Assembly (NCBI GenBank): GCA_965202985.1
Contig: CBDBCF010000001.1
Span: 2,176,001-2,240,000 of the forward strand
Reading direction: 5' to 3'
Length of the DNA: 64,000 bases
Source: Longimicrobiales bacterium
GTDB lineage: Bacteria; Gemmatimonadota; Gemmatimonadetes; Longimicrobiales; Gaopeijiaceae
Shown one piece after another: positions 49,485 through 62,672 of this stretch. The translations under genes were made by a program, and so were the position numbers. The notes under the pieces were generated by a model. It ran no database searches and was not told the DNA's origin. It was given only the letters and a program-made list of their open reading frames with translations. Each line of letters begins with the position of its first letter. Within the stretch, counting starts at the first letter, position 1.

Positions 49485-52400
49485 TTAGAACACGACCTCC
49501 ATGCCGAGCCGGAAGATCCGGTTCGGCGGCAACGTGATGCTGGTTTCCCCGCCCAAGTCCAGGCCGCCGCCGGCGATGCCGTTGAGCTCGCCGTCCACCA
49601 TGACGTTTCTGGACCAGATCCACAGGTTGCGGCCAGTGGCGTACACCGTGGCGCGACGGGCCTTGATCGTGCTCGACACGTCTTCGGGCAGCACGTAGCG
49701 TACCGCCACCTCGCGGAGCTTGAAGTAGTCGCCGTCGTACAAGAATGCGCTTCGCGCCGCGTTCTGACTGTACCTGCCTCGCGGCGTGGCGCCGTTGTTG
49801 GCAGTCTGGTACCGGACCGGGAAGGCGTACTCGCACTCGTCGAGCGCCCCTTCTTCCGTGCCGCACCGGACCGATTCGCGCCGGTAGATGCCGTTGAAGG
49901 TGGACCACACGGACCCCCAGTCGAAGACCTGGTGACCGCCGGCCCAGTCGGCCAAGGCGCTGATCGTAAGGTTGTCGCCCACGGAAACGGTCGTGTTGAC
50001 GCCGCCGCTCTTGTTGGGCACGGGGATGCCGCCCGTGAACTCGCGGCTGGAGGCGTCGGGAAGCCCGTCTCCGTCGGTGTCGCTGGGCGTGGTCACCCAC
50101 CACGCACCCACGGGCATGCCTTCGGTCACGCGCTTTTGGCTCCCGTCCACGGAGAACGGGGCCACGCCGCCCATGTCGGTGACTTCGTTGTAGTTGTACT
50201 GGAAGTTTCCGCCGACCGACCAAGCCAGGTCGCGCCGGTTCAGCACAAGAAGGTTGACGGCGGCTTCGATGCCCCAGTTCCAGATCTCTCCGACGTTCTC
50301 TTGTTGCGTGCCCTGGCCGGTGACCGGCTGGCGGGGCACCTGGAAGAGGGCGTCGGTGGTGCGGGCGTCGTACCACGTGAAGTTCATGCCCAGACGATTG
50401 CTGAACAGAGCGGCGTCGAAGCCCGCTTCGATCGTGGACGTCTTCTCCGGGCCGAGTCCGTCGTTGCCCGGGTTCGCGAACCCTGCGGCCGCCTCGTTCC
50501 GGAACGGAATCGCAAAGAACGTGCGGTCCTTGAGGAAGGCGCCCGGGAAGCTGCCCGTCTGGCCGTACGCAGCCCGGAGCTTGAACTCGTCCATGAACCC
50601 GAACCGAAGATCCTCGGAGAGCACGTAGGATGCGGTGGCCTTGGGGAAGAACTCTGTGTCGATGGCGTCGCCGAAGCTGGAGCCCGCGTCGATTCGGAAG
50701 CCGGCGCCGACGTAGATCTTGTCCCAAAGGCCGACCTGCTCGTCAAAGTAGATCCCGCCGTTGAACACCTCCACGTTTCCTTCGACGGCGTCTCTGGTGG
50801 CGGCCGCGTCGAAGTCGAAGGTCCCCGGCAGGGCGAAGGTGCGGCCGAAGGCGGAGATAATCGTCTCGTCTTCCCGGAAGCCCTGCACGCCGATCGACGT
50901 GGACAGCTCCAAGGCGTCGCCGGGGCTGGCCCATCTATGGGTTGTTCCGGCCTCCAGCGACACGGAGGTGAAGTCACGGTCCCAACGATTGAGCTGTCCG
51001 GTCGCCTCTCCGGGCGTGAAGCCGATCGGTTGGTACCGCCGTTGCTGATTGCTGCGGTTGTCGGCTCCAACGGTGAGTCGAGCGTTCAAGTCGTCGCGGA
51101 TGTCCCAGCGCGCGCCTGCGGAAAAGATGAACCGATTCACGTACTCGGTGATGTCGGGCATGAGGAAGATGTCCAGCGCCTCTTCCAGCGTCTCCGCCCT
51201 GGAAAAGAACAAGGCGTCGGCCACCTCGAAGGTGGTGAGCGGATCGGCGATGGCGGTCCCGTTGTAGAGCCGGTCGAAGTTGTGGCGAACGTAGCTGCCC
51301 GAGAACTCCAGGCTGAAGTCGTCGTTGAGCGACGCCTGCATGCCGCCCCGAAGGCTGTAGTTCGTGCTGCCGTCCTTGGGTTGCGTTCCCGTTCGCGTTT
51401 CCAGCCGGCCGCTGATGTTGTAGGTCACGTCGGCCGTTCCGCCGGTAACGCCGGCGTAGTAGTTCTGCGTGGTGCCCCGCTGGAAGTAGTTGTCCTCCAT
51501 GAAGGTGCCGGTCACCTCGCCCGACGCGACCTCGTCGGGGAAGGTCAAGCGCGTGTCGAAGATGTACTTGAGCTCGGGCAACTCGATGCCCTGCTCCACC
51601 CGGCCGGTGATCCGGGGAGCGCCGGGCGTGCCCTTCTTGGTGAAGATCTGGATGACGCCGGTGGCCGCGTCGGAACCGAACAGCGTCGACGCGGCGCCGC
51701 CTTTCGTGACCTCGATCTTCTCGATGTCCGCGGTCAGCAGGTCCGACAGCGCGGACGACTGCTCGCCGCCCGTGCCGCCGGCGGTGGACTGGTCGTTGTC
51801 CACGCGGACGCCGTCCACGTAGATGACGGGCGTCTGCGAGTTGAAGACCGACGAGATCCCGCGGAAGTTGATGAGGGAGCCGGTGCCCGGCTGGGCGGAG
51901 GTGGCGCTGACGGTGGCCCCCGGAACTCGGCCCTGAAGCAGCTGGTCCACCGACTGGACCGGCGCCAGGGCGATCTCTTCGGCGGCGATGACCTCCACCG
52001 AAGCGCCCAGCGCGCGCCGGGTCGTTTCGGCGCCTACCCCCGTCACGACGATTTCGTCCAGCGAGATCGCCGTGGAAGACAGCTCGACGTCGACCGTCAC
52101 CGTCTGTCCGGCCCCCACCGAGATGGTCTGCTGCGATTCCTCGTAGCCGATGAGCGCGACCCGCAGCACGCGCTCGCCTGCGGGGACGCCCAGCAGCACG
52201 AACCGTCCCGAGACGGCGGCCAGCTGGCCGATCCCGGTTCCTTCGATGCTGATCTGGGCGTCCGACAGCGGTCGCCGCGACTTGGCGTCCACCACTTGGC
52301 CCTGGACGACTCCCGTCTGGGCCAGGCTCGGAGCCGCGCCGCCCGCCAACGCGAAGAGCGCGACGAGCAGTGCGGTCAAGTTCTTACACGGTTTCTTCAT
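49485..52400 (-). CDS. SusC/RagA-type TonB-dependent outer membrane protein
   Basis: AAGGAG RBS; LDEIVVTG, LLQGRVPG, PVIYVDGVR, DIEKIEVTKGGAASTLFGSDAATGVIQIFTKKG, YFKLREV, C-terminal F. Confidence 0.93.
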   Translation of the reverse strand: MKKPCKNLTALLVALFALAGGAAPSLAQTGVVQGQVVDAKSRRPLSDAQISIEGTGIGQLAAVSGRFVLLGVPAGERVLRVALIGYEESQQTISVGAGQTVTVDVELSSTAISLDEIVVTGVGAETTRRALGASVEVIAAEEIALAPVQSVDQLLQGRVPGATVSATSAQPGTGSLINFRGISSVFNSQTPVIYVDGVRVDNDQSTAGGTGGEQSSALSDLLTADIEKIEVTKGGAASTLFGSDAATGVIQIFTKKGTPGAPRITGRVEQGIELPELKYIFDTRLTFPDEVASGEVTGTFMEDNYFQRGTTQNYYAGVTGGTADVTYNISGRLETRTGTQPKDGSTNYSLRGGMQASLNDDFSLEFSGSYVRHNFDRLYNGTAIADPLTTFEVADALFFSRAETLEEALDIFLMPDITEYVNRFIFSAGARWDIRDDLNARLTVGADNRSNQQRRYQPIGFTPGEATGQLNRWDRDFTSVSLEAGTTHRWASPGDALELSTSIGVQGFREDETIISAFGRTFALPGTFDFDAAATRDAVEGNVEVFNGGIYFDEQVGLWDKIYVGAGFRIDAGSSFGDAIDTEFFPKATASYVLSEDLRFGFMDEFKLRAAYGQTGSFPGAFLKDRTFFAIPFRNEAAAGFANPGNDGLGPEKTSTIEAGFDAALFSNRLGMNFTWYDARTTDALFQVPRQPVTGQGTQQENVGEIWNWGIEAAVNLLVLNRRDLAWSVGGNFQYNYNEVTDMGGVAPFSVDGSQKRVTEGMPVGAWWVTTPSDTDGDGLPDASSREFTGGIPVPNKSGGVNTTVSVGDNLTISALADWAGGHQVFDWGSVWSTFNGIYRRESVRCGTEEGALDECEYAFPVRYQTANNGATPRGRYSQNAARSAFLYDGDYFKLREVAVRYVLPEDVSSTIKARRATVYATGRNLWIWSRNVMVDGELNGIAGGGLDLGGETSITLPPNRIFRLGMEVVF

Positions 52401-52422
52401 GAATTCTCCTTGTTGTTGGTGC

Positions 52423-56134
<3,712 letters not shown>

Positions 56135-56138
<4 letters not shown>

Positions 56139-57313
56139 GCTTCCACCACGCCGTTCCGGATGCGCCATCGCGCCAGGGACATGCTGCGCAGCCGCACGTC
56201 CGAATCCTTGGGCGCCGTGAGGATCACTTGGCCGGGCGCTTCCGCCTCCATGAGGGCCAGCACGCGGTCCGACCGGCCCGGGTCCAGCTCGGCAAAGGCG
56301 TCGTCCAGGAGCAGCAAGGGCTCGGTCTTGCGCTGCCGGCGGATGGTGGCGGCTTCGGCCAAGCGCAGCGCCAGAGCCAAGGTGCGTCGCTGGCCGCCGG
56401 AGCCGAAGGCGCGGGCCGGGACCCGCCGACCGCCCGACTCCAACATGAACACGAGGTCGTCGCGGTGGGGGCCCGTGCACGTGGTCCGCCGCGCCAAGTC
56501 GGTTTCCCAGCCTTGCTCCAGGCGCTTCCGGAAGCACCGTCGCACGGCCTCGGCGGCGGACGAGGCGTCGCTCGGGTCGTCCGGGTCCTCGCTCGCGGCG
56601 CCGGCGGCTGCGTCCCCCAAGTTCGGCTTGTACGCCATAGCCCCCGCGCATCCGCCGGGGGCGTCCGAACGACGCCTGCCCGAGATCGCCTCGCAGTAGG
56701 CCGCGAACGGCCCCGCCCAGCGCGACACCCACTCCCGGCGCATGCACACGACCTGCGCGCCCCGGTCCACCAAGAGGTCGTCCCACGCCCGGACGGCTTC
56801 TCGGGCCGCGCCCGCCTTGAGCGCCGCGTTCCGTTGCGCCAAAGCCTTCCGGTAGCCTTGGAGCGCCTCCACGTAGCCCGTCCGGTTCAGCGACAGCAGC
56901 ACGTTCAGGAAGCGACGTCGGCCGTCCGGCCCGCCGGACACCAGCTCCGCGTCCGCGGGCGAGAAGACGACCGCCCCCAATCGTCCCAGGGCCGCCCAAA
57001 GACGCGGCGCCTCGTTGCCGTCCACCGTCACCTTCTTCTTCTTCCTCCTGCGATCGAATCCAGCGGAAACGGTGGCCGGCCGGCTTCCGACGACCGAGCC
57101 CTTCAAGTGGAACACGTCCTCCGAGAACGCCGTCATCTCCGCGTCGCCGGCGCCGCGGAACGAGCGGAAGCTCTCCAGGTAGTAGATCGCTTCCAGCAGG
57201 TTGGACTTGCCCTGCCCGTTGTCGCCGACCACGGCCACGCCTTCGGGCGGAAAGCGCAGCGTCTGGGCGCCCAGGTTCCGGAAGTGGCGGAGTTCCAAGT
57301 CGGTCAGGACCAC
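56135..57313 (-). CDS. recF: DNA replication/repair protein RecF
   Basis: LELRHFRNL, GDNGQGKSNLLEAI, SFR, GPHRDDL, GSGGQRR, LLLDDAFAELD. Start GTG 57313 (alternative 57334). Confidence 0.96.
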
Positions 57314-57394
57314 GGACGGAGCCGAGACGACCACCGACGAAGCCGGGCGCGAAGGACGCCGTTCATGCCTTTCAATATAGCGGATTCTCCCGGC

Positions 57395-58180
57395 CTACCG
57401 GCCCTCGAAGGCCGCCCGTCGCTTCTCCAGGAAGGCGGCCATGCCCTCCTTCATGTCGCCCGTGGAGGCGAGCAGGCCGAACAGCGAAGACTCCAGCGAC
57501 AGAGCGTGTTCCATGGTGTTCTCGGCGGCGGCGACCATGGATTTGAGGACCATTTCAAGCGCCACGGGGCCGTTCCGCGCGATCCGCTTCACCAAGCCGC
57601 GCGCGCGCTCCGGCAGCTCGCCGTCGGGGACCACCAGGTTGGCCAAGCCGATCTCCGCCGCCCGCCGGGCGTCCACGGGGTCGCCGGTCAGGACCATCTC
57701 CATGGCCCGACCCAGCCCCACCAGCCGCGCCAAGCGCACGGTGCCCCCGTAGCCCGGGATGATGCCCAGCCCCACTTCGGGAAGGCCGAACTTGGCCCGC
57801 TCGCCGGCCACGCGCAGGTGACAGGCCAGTGCCAGCTCGCACCCGCCTCCCAGGGCGTATCCGTTGACGGCCGCCACCACCGGCTTTGGGAACGTCTCGA
57901 TGCTGCGGAATATCTCCTGGCCCTCGCGGCTGACCTCGGCGCCCGACAGGGGGTCCATCTGGGCCAGCACGCCGATGTCGGCCCCGGCGACGAAGGCGCG
58001 GTCTCCCGCCCCGGTAAGAACGACTCCCCGCACGGCCTCGTCCTCTCGGAGGCGGTCGAAGGCCGCTCCGATCTCTCGCACCACTTGGCGGTTCAGGGCG
58101 TTCAGCTTCTTCTGGCGGTCGATCGTCACGGTGGCGACGGCGCCGGCGATCTCGGTGCGGACGTGCTGCGATGGCGTCAT
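57395..58180 (-). CDS. Enoyl-CoA hydratase (crotonase)
   Basis: KLNALN, AFVAGADI, VNGYALGGGCELALAC, PEVGLGIIPGYGGT.RL, DMKEGMAAFLEKR. Confidence 0.93.
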   Translation of the reverse strand: MTPSQHVRTEIAGAVATVTIDRQKKLNALNRQVVREIGAAFDRLREDEAVRGVVLTGAGDRAFVAGADIGVLAQMDPLSGAEVSREGQEIFRSIETFPKPVVAAVNGYALGGGCELALACHLRVAGERAKFGLPEVGLGIIPGYGGTVRLARLVGLGRAMEMVLTGDPVDARRAAEIGLANLVVPDGELPERARGLVKRIARNGPVALEMVLKSMVAAAENTMEHALSLESSLFGLLASTGDMKEGMAAFLEKRRAAFEGR

Positions 58181-58388
58181 GGGCGGCGGAACCTTGGCAA
58201 GGAAGCGGGGAAGGGGCGGGCGCAGAGCGGGGAAGCTAGAATCGGACCGCGGCGCAGGCCAGCCCTTCGGACGGCGGCGCAGGCCCAAGCCTTCCGGCAG
58301 GCGCCATGGCGCGCCCGATGCGATCGTCTTATCTTGCTCGACCTTCGCGAAAACGTGAACCCCACGAACCACAGGGCGCGCACCCGGC

Positions 58389-58847
58389 ATGGCTCGTTCT
58401 CTCAACAAGGCGATGTTGATCGGCAACGTCGGCGGCGATCCGGACATCCGGACGACCGCCTCGGGCAGCCGCGTCGCCAAGCTTTCCTTGGCCACCAGTC
58501 GCAGCTTCCCCGACCGTTCGGGGCAGCAGCAGGAGCGCACCGAGTGGCACCGCCTGACGATCTTCGGCCGATTGGTTGACGTGGTCGAGCAGTGGGTCGG
58601 GAAGGGCGACCGGCTCTACGTGGAGGGCCGCATCGAGTACTCGCAGAGCACCGACCCCCAAGGCGCGGTCCGCTACTGGACCGACGTCATCGTGGACCAG
58701 CTGATCATGCTGGGCGGCTCGGGCGGCCGCGGCGGCGGTCCCGTGGGCGACGATCCGGCGCATCCGCCGGGCGGCGGGCAGTCTCGTCAAGGCGGCCAGG
58801 GCTCGGCCCCGCCGATCGCCGAACCCGACGACGACCTGCCCTTCTGA
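58389..58847 (+). CDS. ssb: Single-stranded DNA-binding protein
   Basis: [32 protein letters not shown]-terminal DDDLPF. Confidence 0.97.
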   Translation: MARSLNKAMLIGNVGGDPDIRTTASGSRVAKLSLATSRSFPDRSGQQQERTEWHRLTIFGRLVDVVEQWVGKGDRLYVEGRIEYSQSTDPQGAVRYWTDVIVDQLIMLGGSGGRGGGPVGDDPAHPPGGGQSRQGGQGSAPPIAEPDDDLPF

Positions 58848-59062
58848 TGGCCAACGACGCGATCGAGATGGAAGGCACGATCACCGAGGTGCTTCCGAAC
58901 GCGAACTTTCGGGTCAAGCTCGAAAACGGACACGAAATCCTGGCCTACTTGTCGGGCAAGATGCGGAAGTTCTACATCCGCGTGCTGGCAGGAGATCGGG
59001 TGAAGGTGGAGATGTCTCCCTACGACTTGACCCGCGGGCGGGTCACGTATCGGTACAAGTAG
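58847..59062 (+). CDS. infA: Translation initiation factor IF-1
   Basis: TGATG coupling with ssb; [57 protein letters not shown]. Confidence 0.98.
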   Translation: MANDAIEMEGTITEVLPNANFRVKLENGHEILAYLSGKMRKFYIRVLAGDRVKVEMSPYDLTRGRVTYRYK

Positions 59063-59372
59063 AACCCCGGGAGCCGCGCTCCTTCCACAGCCCCATCAAG
59101 TGCGGGTCGAACTTGCCCGGGTCCTTCTCGTACTCTTCCGCCCACGCTTGGAAGTCCGGCAGGTCCAGGCGTTCTCGAACCTTGCCGGTGGCCAGCCGAA
59201 CGGCTTCGTCGAAAGACGCCGGCGCGACGCGGTTCGTCGCCCGAGCCTCGGCTTCCGCCAAGCTGTAAACCTCGTCGGGCGACAGCTTGAGCACGAATTC
59301 CGCAATCTGATGCGAGCAGTAGTCGTCGTACTTTGCGCGAAGCACGCGATCGCCGCCGTTCCGTTCCGCCAT
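59043..59372 (-). CDS. Hypothetical protein (109 aa)
   Basis: GAAGG RBS, coding-like composition, own candidate promoter; 3' end overlaps infA convergently. Confidence 0.7.
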   Translation of the reverse strand: MAERNGGDRVLRAKYDDYCSHQIAEFVLKLSPDEVYSLAEAEARATNRVAPASFDEAVRLATGKVRERLDLPDFQAWAEEYEKDPGKFDPHLMGLWKERGSRGSTCTDT

Positions 59373-59411
59373 CTAATACCTTCTTCGATTGGCCGATGGG
59401 AGTGAACAACA

Positions 59412-59440
59412 AAGATCGGCCCGCTATGACGGCAAGTCAA
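59412..59440 (-). promoter_or_regulatory. Candidate sigma70 promoter for the 109-aa gene
   Basis: Minus strand TTGACT-N17-GATCTT. Confidence 0.4.
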
Positions 59441-59462
59441 TAGACGCCGCCGCATCGGCGTG

Positions 59463-59681
59463 CTACTGGATGAACTGCGACTCCGCAGGCGACGGTTGCG
59501 GGGGCGTGGCGCCGTTGATCGAGCCTCCGTCCCGGAGCCCGCGATAGGCGGAGCGCCGAACGAGGCCGTACAGGACCAACTTGCTGAAGAACTCCGGATC
59601 CGAGTGCTGAACGGTCTCCACTTGCTTGGCTGCTTCGTCCGGGACGCGGACTTCGAGACGGACGGATCGGGTGTTCGGCAT
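59463..59681 (-). CDS. Small hypothetical protein (72 aa), possible ribbon-helix-helix DNA-binding fold
   Basis: AAGGAG RBS before ATG 59681; alternating strand SVRLEVRVP followed by two helical segments. Confidence 0.6.
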   Translation of the reverse strand: MPNTRSVRLEVRVPDEAAKQVETVQHSDPEFFSKLVLYGLVRRSAYRGLRDGGSINGATPPQPSPAESQFIQ

Positions 59682-59833
59682 GCGCGGTGCGCTCCTTGGC
59701 GGCCTCGAGATCGTTTTTTGGCGAATCTCGTTGGGGGCTGGTCGGAGGGAAGCAAAGCGGAGCCGGTTGGCGTCGCCCGTCGTCCCTTCGGGTTTCGGGA
59801 AACGAACGATAGGGCCTGGAATCCGGTTTCGCA

Positions 59834-60085
59834 AGGAAGGTCCAGGAAGGTCCGGCGTTGGGTCCGATATCGTACAAGTACTTGTCAATAATGAAGTTAC
59901 AAAACATTACCCATTTCGGTAATCCACTTGTTTCCGAACCTTGGCTCGCTTGCGGTCAGCTCCGGTCCAGGTGGCCCAAGTCCATTGCTTGGATGGATGT
60001 TTTGCGGAAACTCGGATTGACCGAAATCGGTCGTGGCGAAAACATATTTTTACCATAAAATGGCAAGCGAAAAAGTCCGAAAAAG
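59834..60085. promoter_or_regulatory. AT-rich regulatory region with repeated palindromic operator-like sites
   Basis: ACAAGTACTTGT 59874-59885; ATTACC-N6-GGTAAT 59906-59923; GACCGA-AA-TCGGTC 60019-60032; CGATATCG 59865-59872; tandem AGGAAGGTCC x2 59834-59853. Confidence 0.55.
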
Positions 60086-60245
60086 CGTCCCCGTCGCCCG
60101 CCAGAATCGTCGTCTGCGGAGCCGGGAACCCGCCTTCTGCTCCCCCGTGCGCCTCCACGGCACCCCCATCGTCGTTTTCCGCTGGGGCTCGCGCGCTCTC
60201 CGGGGGCGCTCGGTGCGCGCGTCTGGCGGGGGCGAAGGGGCCGGG

Positions 60246-61151
60246 TCAGTGCACCGACATGCCCAGCCCCGAAGGCGTCGGCACGTTCGGTTGCCGGCTT
60301 GCGGTCTCCGCTGGCCGAGCCAGTCGCCCCAGGGTCTCCCGTTCCCCGAAGGCAGTCACTAGGCCGTGCAGCGCCCGATAGCGCTCGGGCTCAAAGCGAG
60401 CCACCAAGTGGCCGAGTCCGTGTCGCATGCGGTGGAGACTCCGCCGGGCGTCCTGCAGGTCGACGGGCACGCCGAAGCGGATCCGGTAGACGGCGACGCC
60501 CCGACGGTTCCGCGCTAGGGACAAGGGGAGACCCGCGAACACCTCACGGAGCGCGCGCTCCAAGACGAGGCCGGCCCGGGCGCCGACGGCAAACACCAGG
60601 GCGTTGGCGTCGTAGTCCAAGCGCACGCGGGCGAGCTCGCCGGGCGCCATGGCGATGCGGACCGTGGCGCCCTCGTGAAGGTCCAGGTCCTTGCACAGGT
60701 CGCGGTAGCCGATCCGAAGGAGGGTGGGCCGGGTCAAGGGCGTAAACCCCTTCCGCTCCAGGATTCGGAGGGCCAGGTCGAAGCAGTAGCGTTCCAGCTT
60801 CCTGGCCGGCTCGGGATCGCCGGCGGCTTCCGGTCCTCCCGCCGGCTCGAACCCGGCCAAGCGTCGGATGTGCGCCAGCGTGGGCTCGTAGACCCAGTCC
60901 AGAACGACCAGCTCGGAACTCAGGTCCAGGAACTTGGTGTCCGCCGACCCCAGGTCGATGGCGCGCACGGACGAGGCGAAGCGTCCCTCCAGGACCACGG
61001 CGAGCCCGATGTCCCGCAGGCGTCCGCCGGGGCGGTCGAGTTCGTGCGCGTCCCGGTACTGCACCACCGCCCGCGTGAGAGGCAGTTCGCACAAGCCGGG
61101 CACATCGGACAAGGCCTCGGGGCGGGGCGGCGGTTGGCTGGTCGGGTGCAT
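60246..61151 (-). CDS. Hypothetical protein (~300 aa)
   Basis: Long ORF with globular-like composition; no family recognised; start uncertain (61151 or upstream). Confidence 0.65.
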   Translation of the reverse strand: MHPTSQPPPRPEALSDVPGLCELPLTRAVVQYRDAHELDRPGGRLRDIGLAVVLEGRFASSVRAIDLGSADTKFLDLSSELVVLDWVYEPTLAHIRRLAGFEPAGGPEAAGDPEPARKLERYCFDLALRILERKGFTPLTRPTLLRIGYRDLCKDLDLHEGATVRIAMAPGELARVRLDYDANALVFAVGARAGLVLERALREVFAGLPLSLARNRRGVAVYRIRFGVPVDLQDARRSLHRMRHGLGHLVARFEPERYRALHGLVTAFGERETLGRLARPAETASRQPNVPTPSGLGMSVH

Positions 61152-61250
61152 TCGGCGCGGACGCAACGGGAGGGGCAGCAAAAAGCGAGTCCCAACAATA
61201 GCCATTTGTTTACGGCCAGTCCACACGCCAGCGGCTGGTACCGGCGCCGG

Positions 61251-61279
61251 TTGACGCAGTTCCCCTGCTTTGACATCAT
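61251..61279 (+). promoter_or_regulatory. sigma70-type promoter of tRNA-Asn
   Basis: TTGACG-N17-CATCAT, ending 17 nt before the tRNA 5' end. Confidence 0.55.
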
Positions 61280-61296
61280 TATCGGCTGTTCCTCAT

Positions 61297-61369
61297 TCCC
61301 GCGTAGCTCAGCTGGTAGAGCAGACGGCTGTTAACCGTCGGGTCGCAGGTTCGAGTCCTGCCGCGGGAG
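61297..61369 (+). tRNA. tRNA-Asn (GTT), CCA not encoded
   Basis: Acceptor TCCCGCG/CGCGGGA+G; D-arm GCTCAGCTGGTAGAGC; anticodon arm GACGG-CTGTTAA-CCGTC; T-arm GCAGG-TTCGAGT-CCTGC. Confidence 0.97.
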
Positions 61370-62494
61370 TTGCAGCGTGGTCGCCAGCTCGGCCACGAAC
61401 TCGTCCGCTTCGGCGACGGTGTTGTAGAAGTGGGGACTGGCCCGCACCACGCCGGGCCGATGGTCCACCACGATTCCCCTGGCTGCCAAGCGCCGCACCG
61501 CCTCTTCGGGAGACGGGTGCTGGACGGCCACGATCGCCGACGCGGCTTCCCTGTCGTCCGCCATGCGCAACGAGAACCCGGCGGCGCGGCATCCGTTCGC
61601 CAGCCGCTCGGCCAGCTCCCGGTTCCTAGCCCGGATCGCGCGGACTCCCACTTCGTCCACGATCTCCTGACCGCCCAAGGCGGTGTGGACGGTCGGCAGC
61701 GCCGGCGTTCCCATCTCGAAGCGGCGGGCGTCCTCGTGGTACCGAAACGCCGCCGGATCGAAGCGGAAGGGGTCGTCCACCGCGAACCAGCTGGTGATCC
61801 GGGGCGCCAAGCGGTCCACCAACTCGCGACGGACGTACAGGTAGGCCAAGCCCGGGCCGCCGCAAAGCCACTTGAGGGGGCCCGCCGTGTAGAAGTCCAC
61901 GCCCGTGGCGGGCAGGTCCACGGGCACTTGGCCGGCGCCCTGGTAGCCGTCCACGATGCACCACGCCCCCGCCTTCCGGGCGATTCGGGAGAGCGCGCCC
62001 AAGTCCTGGACGGCCCCGGTGGCGAAGAAGACGTGGCTTGTCGCGATGGCCAGCGTCCGCTCGTCCACGGCGTCTTCGAACTGCTGGAGGTCCACGCCGA
62101 CGCCGTCTGCACTCTCGAGGACCACGAGTTCCGCCTCGGGGCGCACCCTCCACTGGTAGAGGAGCGTCGGGAAGTCCAGCTCGGTGGCGACGATGCGGTT
62201 GCGCTTGGACCAGTCCAGGCTCTCGGCGACGACCGACAAGCAGGTGGACGTGGTCGGGAGCAGGGCCACGGAGCCCGCCGGAGCGGCGAACATCTTCTCC
62301 ACGCGCCGGCGCAGGTCGGCCAGAAGGGACCACCAGTGCTCGTACCACGCAGCCGCTCCTTGGTCGTGCCACCGGGTCGCGAACTCGTGGAGCCGGGCTT
62401 CGGCGCGTCGCGACAACGCCCCCAGGGAACACGAGTTCATGTAGTTGCGACGCCCCAAGATGGGGAACTCTTCGCGGATTCGGGCGAGGTCCAT
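61331..62494 (-). CDS. Aminotransferase class V PLP enzyme (kynureninase/selenocysteine lyase-like)
   Basis: RIREEFPIL..YMNSCSLG, LDFPT, VDGYQGAG, LKWLCGGPG, FEMGTP, RASPHFYNT. Confidence 0.9.
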   Translation of the reverse strand: MDLARIREEFPILGRRNYMNSCSLGALSRRAEARLHEFATRWHDQGAAAWYEHWWSLLADLRRRVEKMFAAPAGSVALLPTTSTCLSVVAESLDWSKRNRIVATELDFPTLLYQWRVRPEAELVVLESADGVGVDLQQFEDAVDERTLAIATSHVFFATGAVQDLGALSRIARKAGAWCIVDGYQGAGQVPVDLPATGVDFYTAGPLKWLCGGPGLAYLYVRRELVDRLAPRITSWFAVDDPFRFDPAAFRYHEDARRFEMGTPALPTVHTALGGQEIVDEVGVRAIRARNRELAERLANGCRAAGFSLRMADDREAASAIVAVQHPSPEEAVRRLAARGIVVDHRPGVVRASPHFYNTVAEADEFVAELATTLQLPRQDSNLRPDG

Positions 62495-62672
62495 TGGGGG
62501 GATCCGGGAGTGGAAGGAGGCGCGGCAGGCGAAGCAAAGACCGGACCGGGCGGGCCGCGACACGGGACATGTCGAGTGACACGCCCTCGTCGGTCGGCTA
62601 ATCTACGAAGGGGACCCGCACCTGCGGCCCCTGGGAGGGCCGGGTTCGACGCCGAACAGGGAGCGACTACGG

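Noticed and set aside
59834..60085. oriC candidate (AT-rich, near recF/gyrB/ssb)
   Set aside because: Only DnaA-box-like sites with two or more mismatches (e.g. TAATCCACT 59920-59928), no DnaA-trio run, and no dnaA or dnaN in the window.
61297..61369. Integrated island at tRNA-Asn
   Set aside because: No integrase and no duplicated tRNA 3' end within the window.
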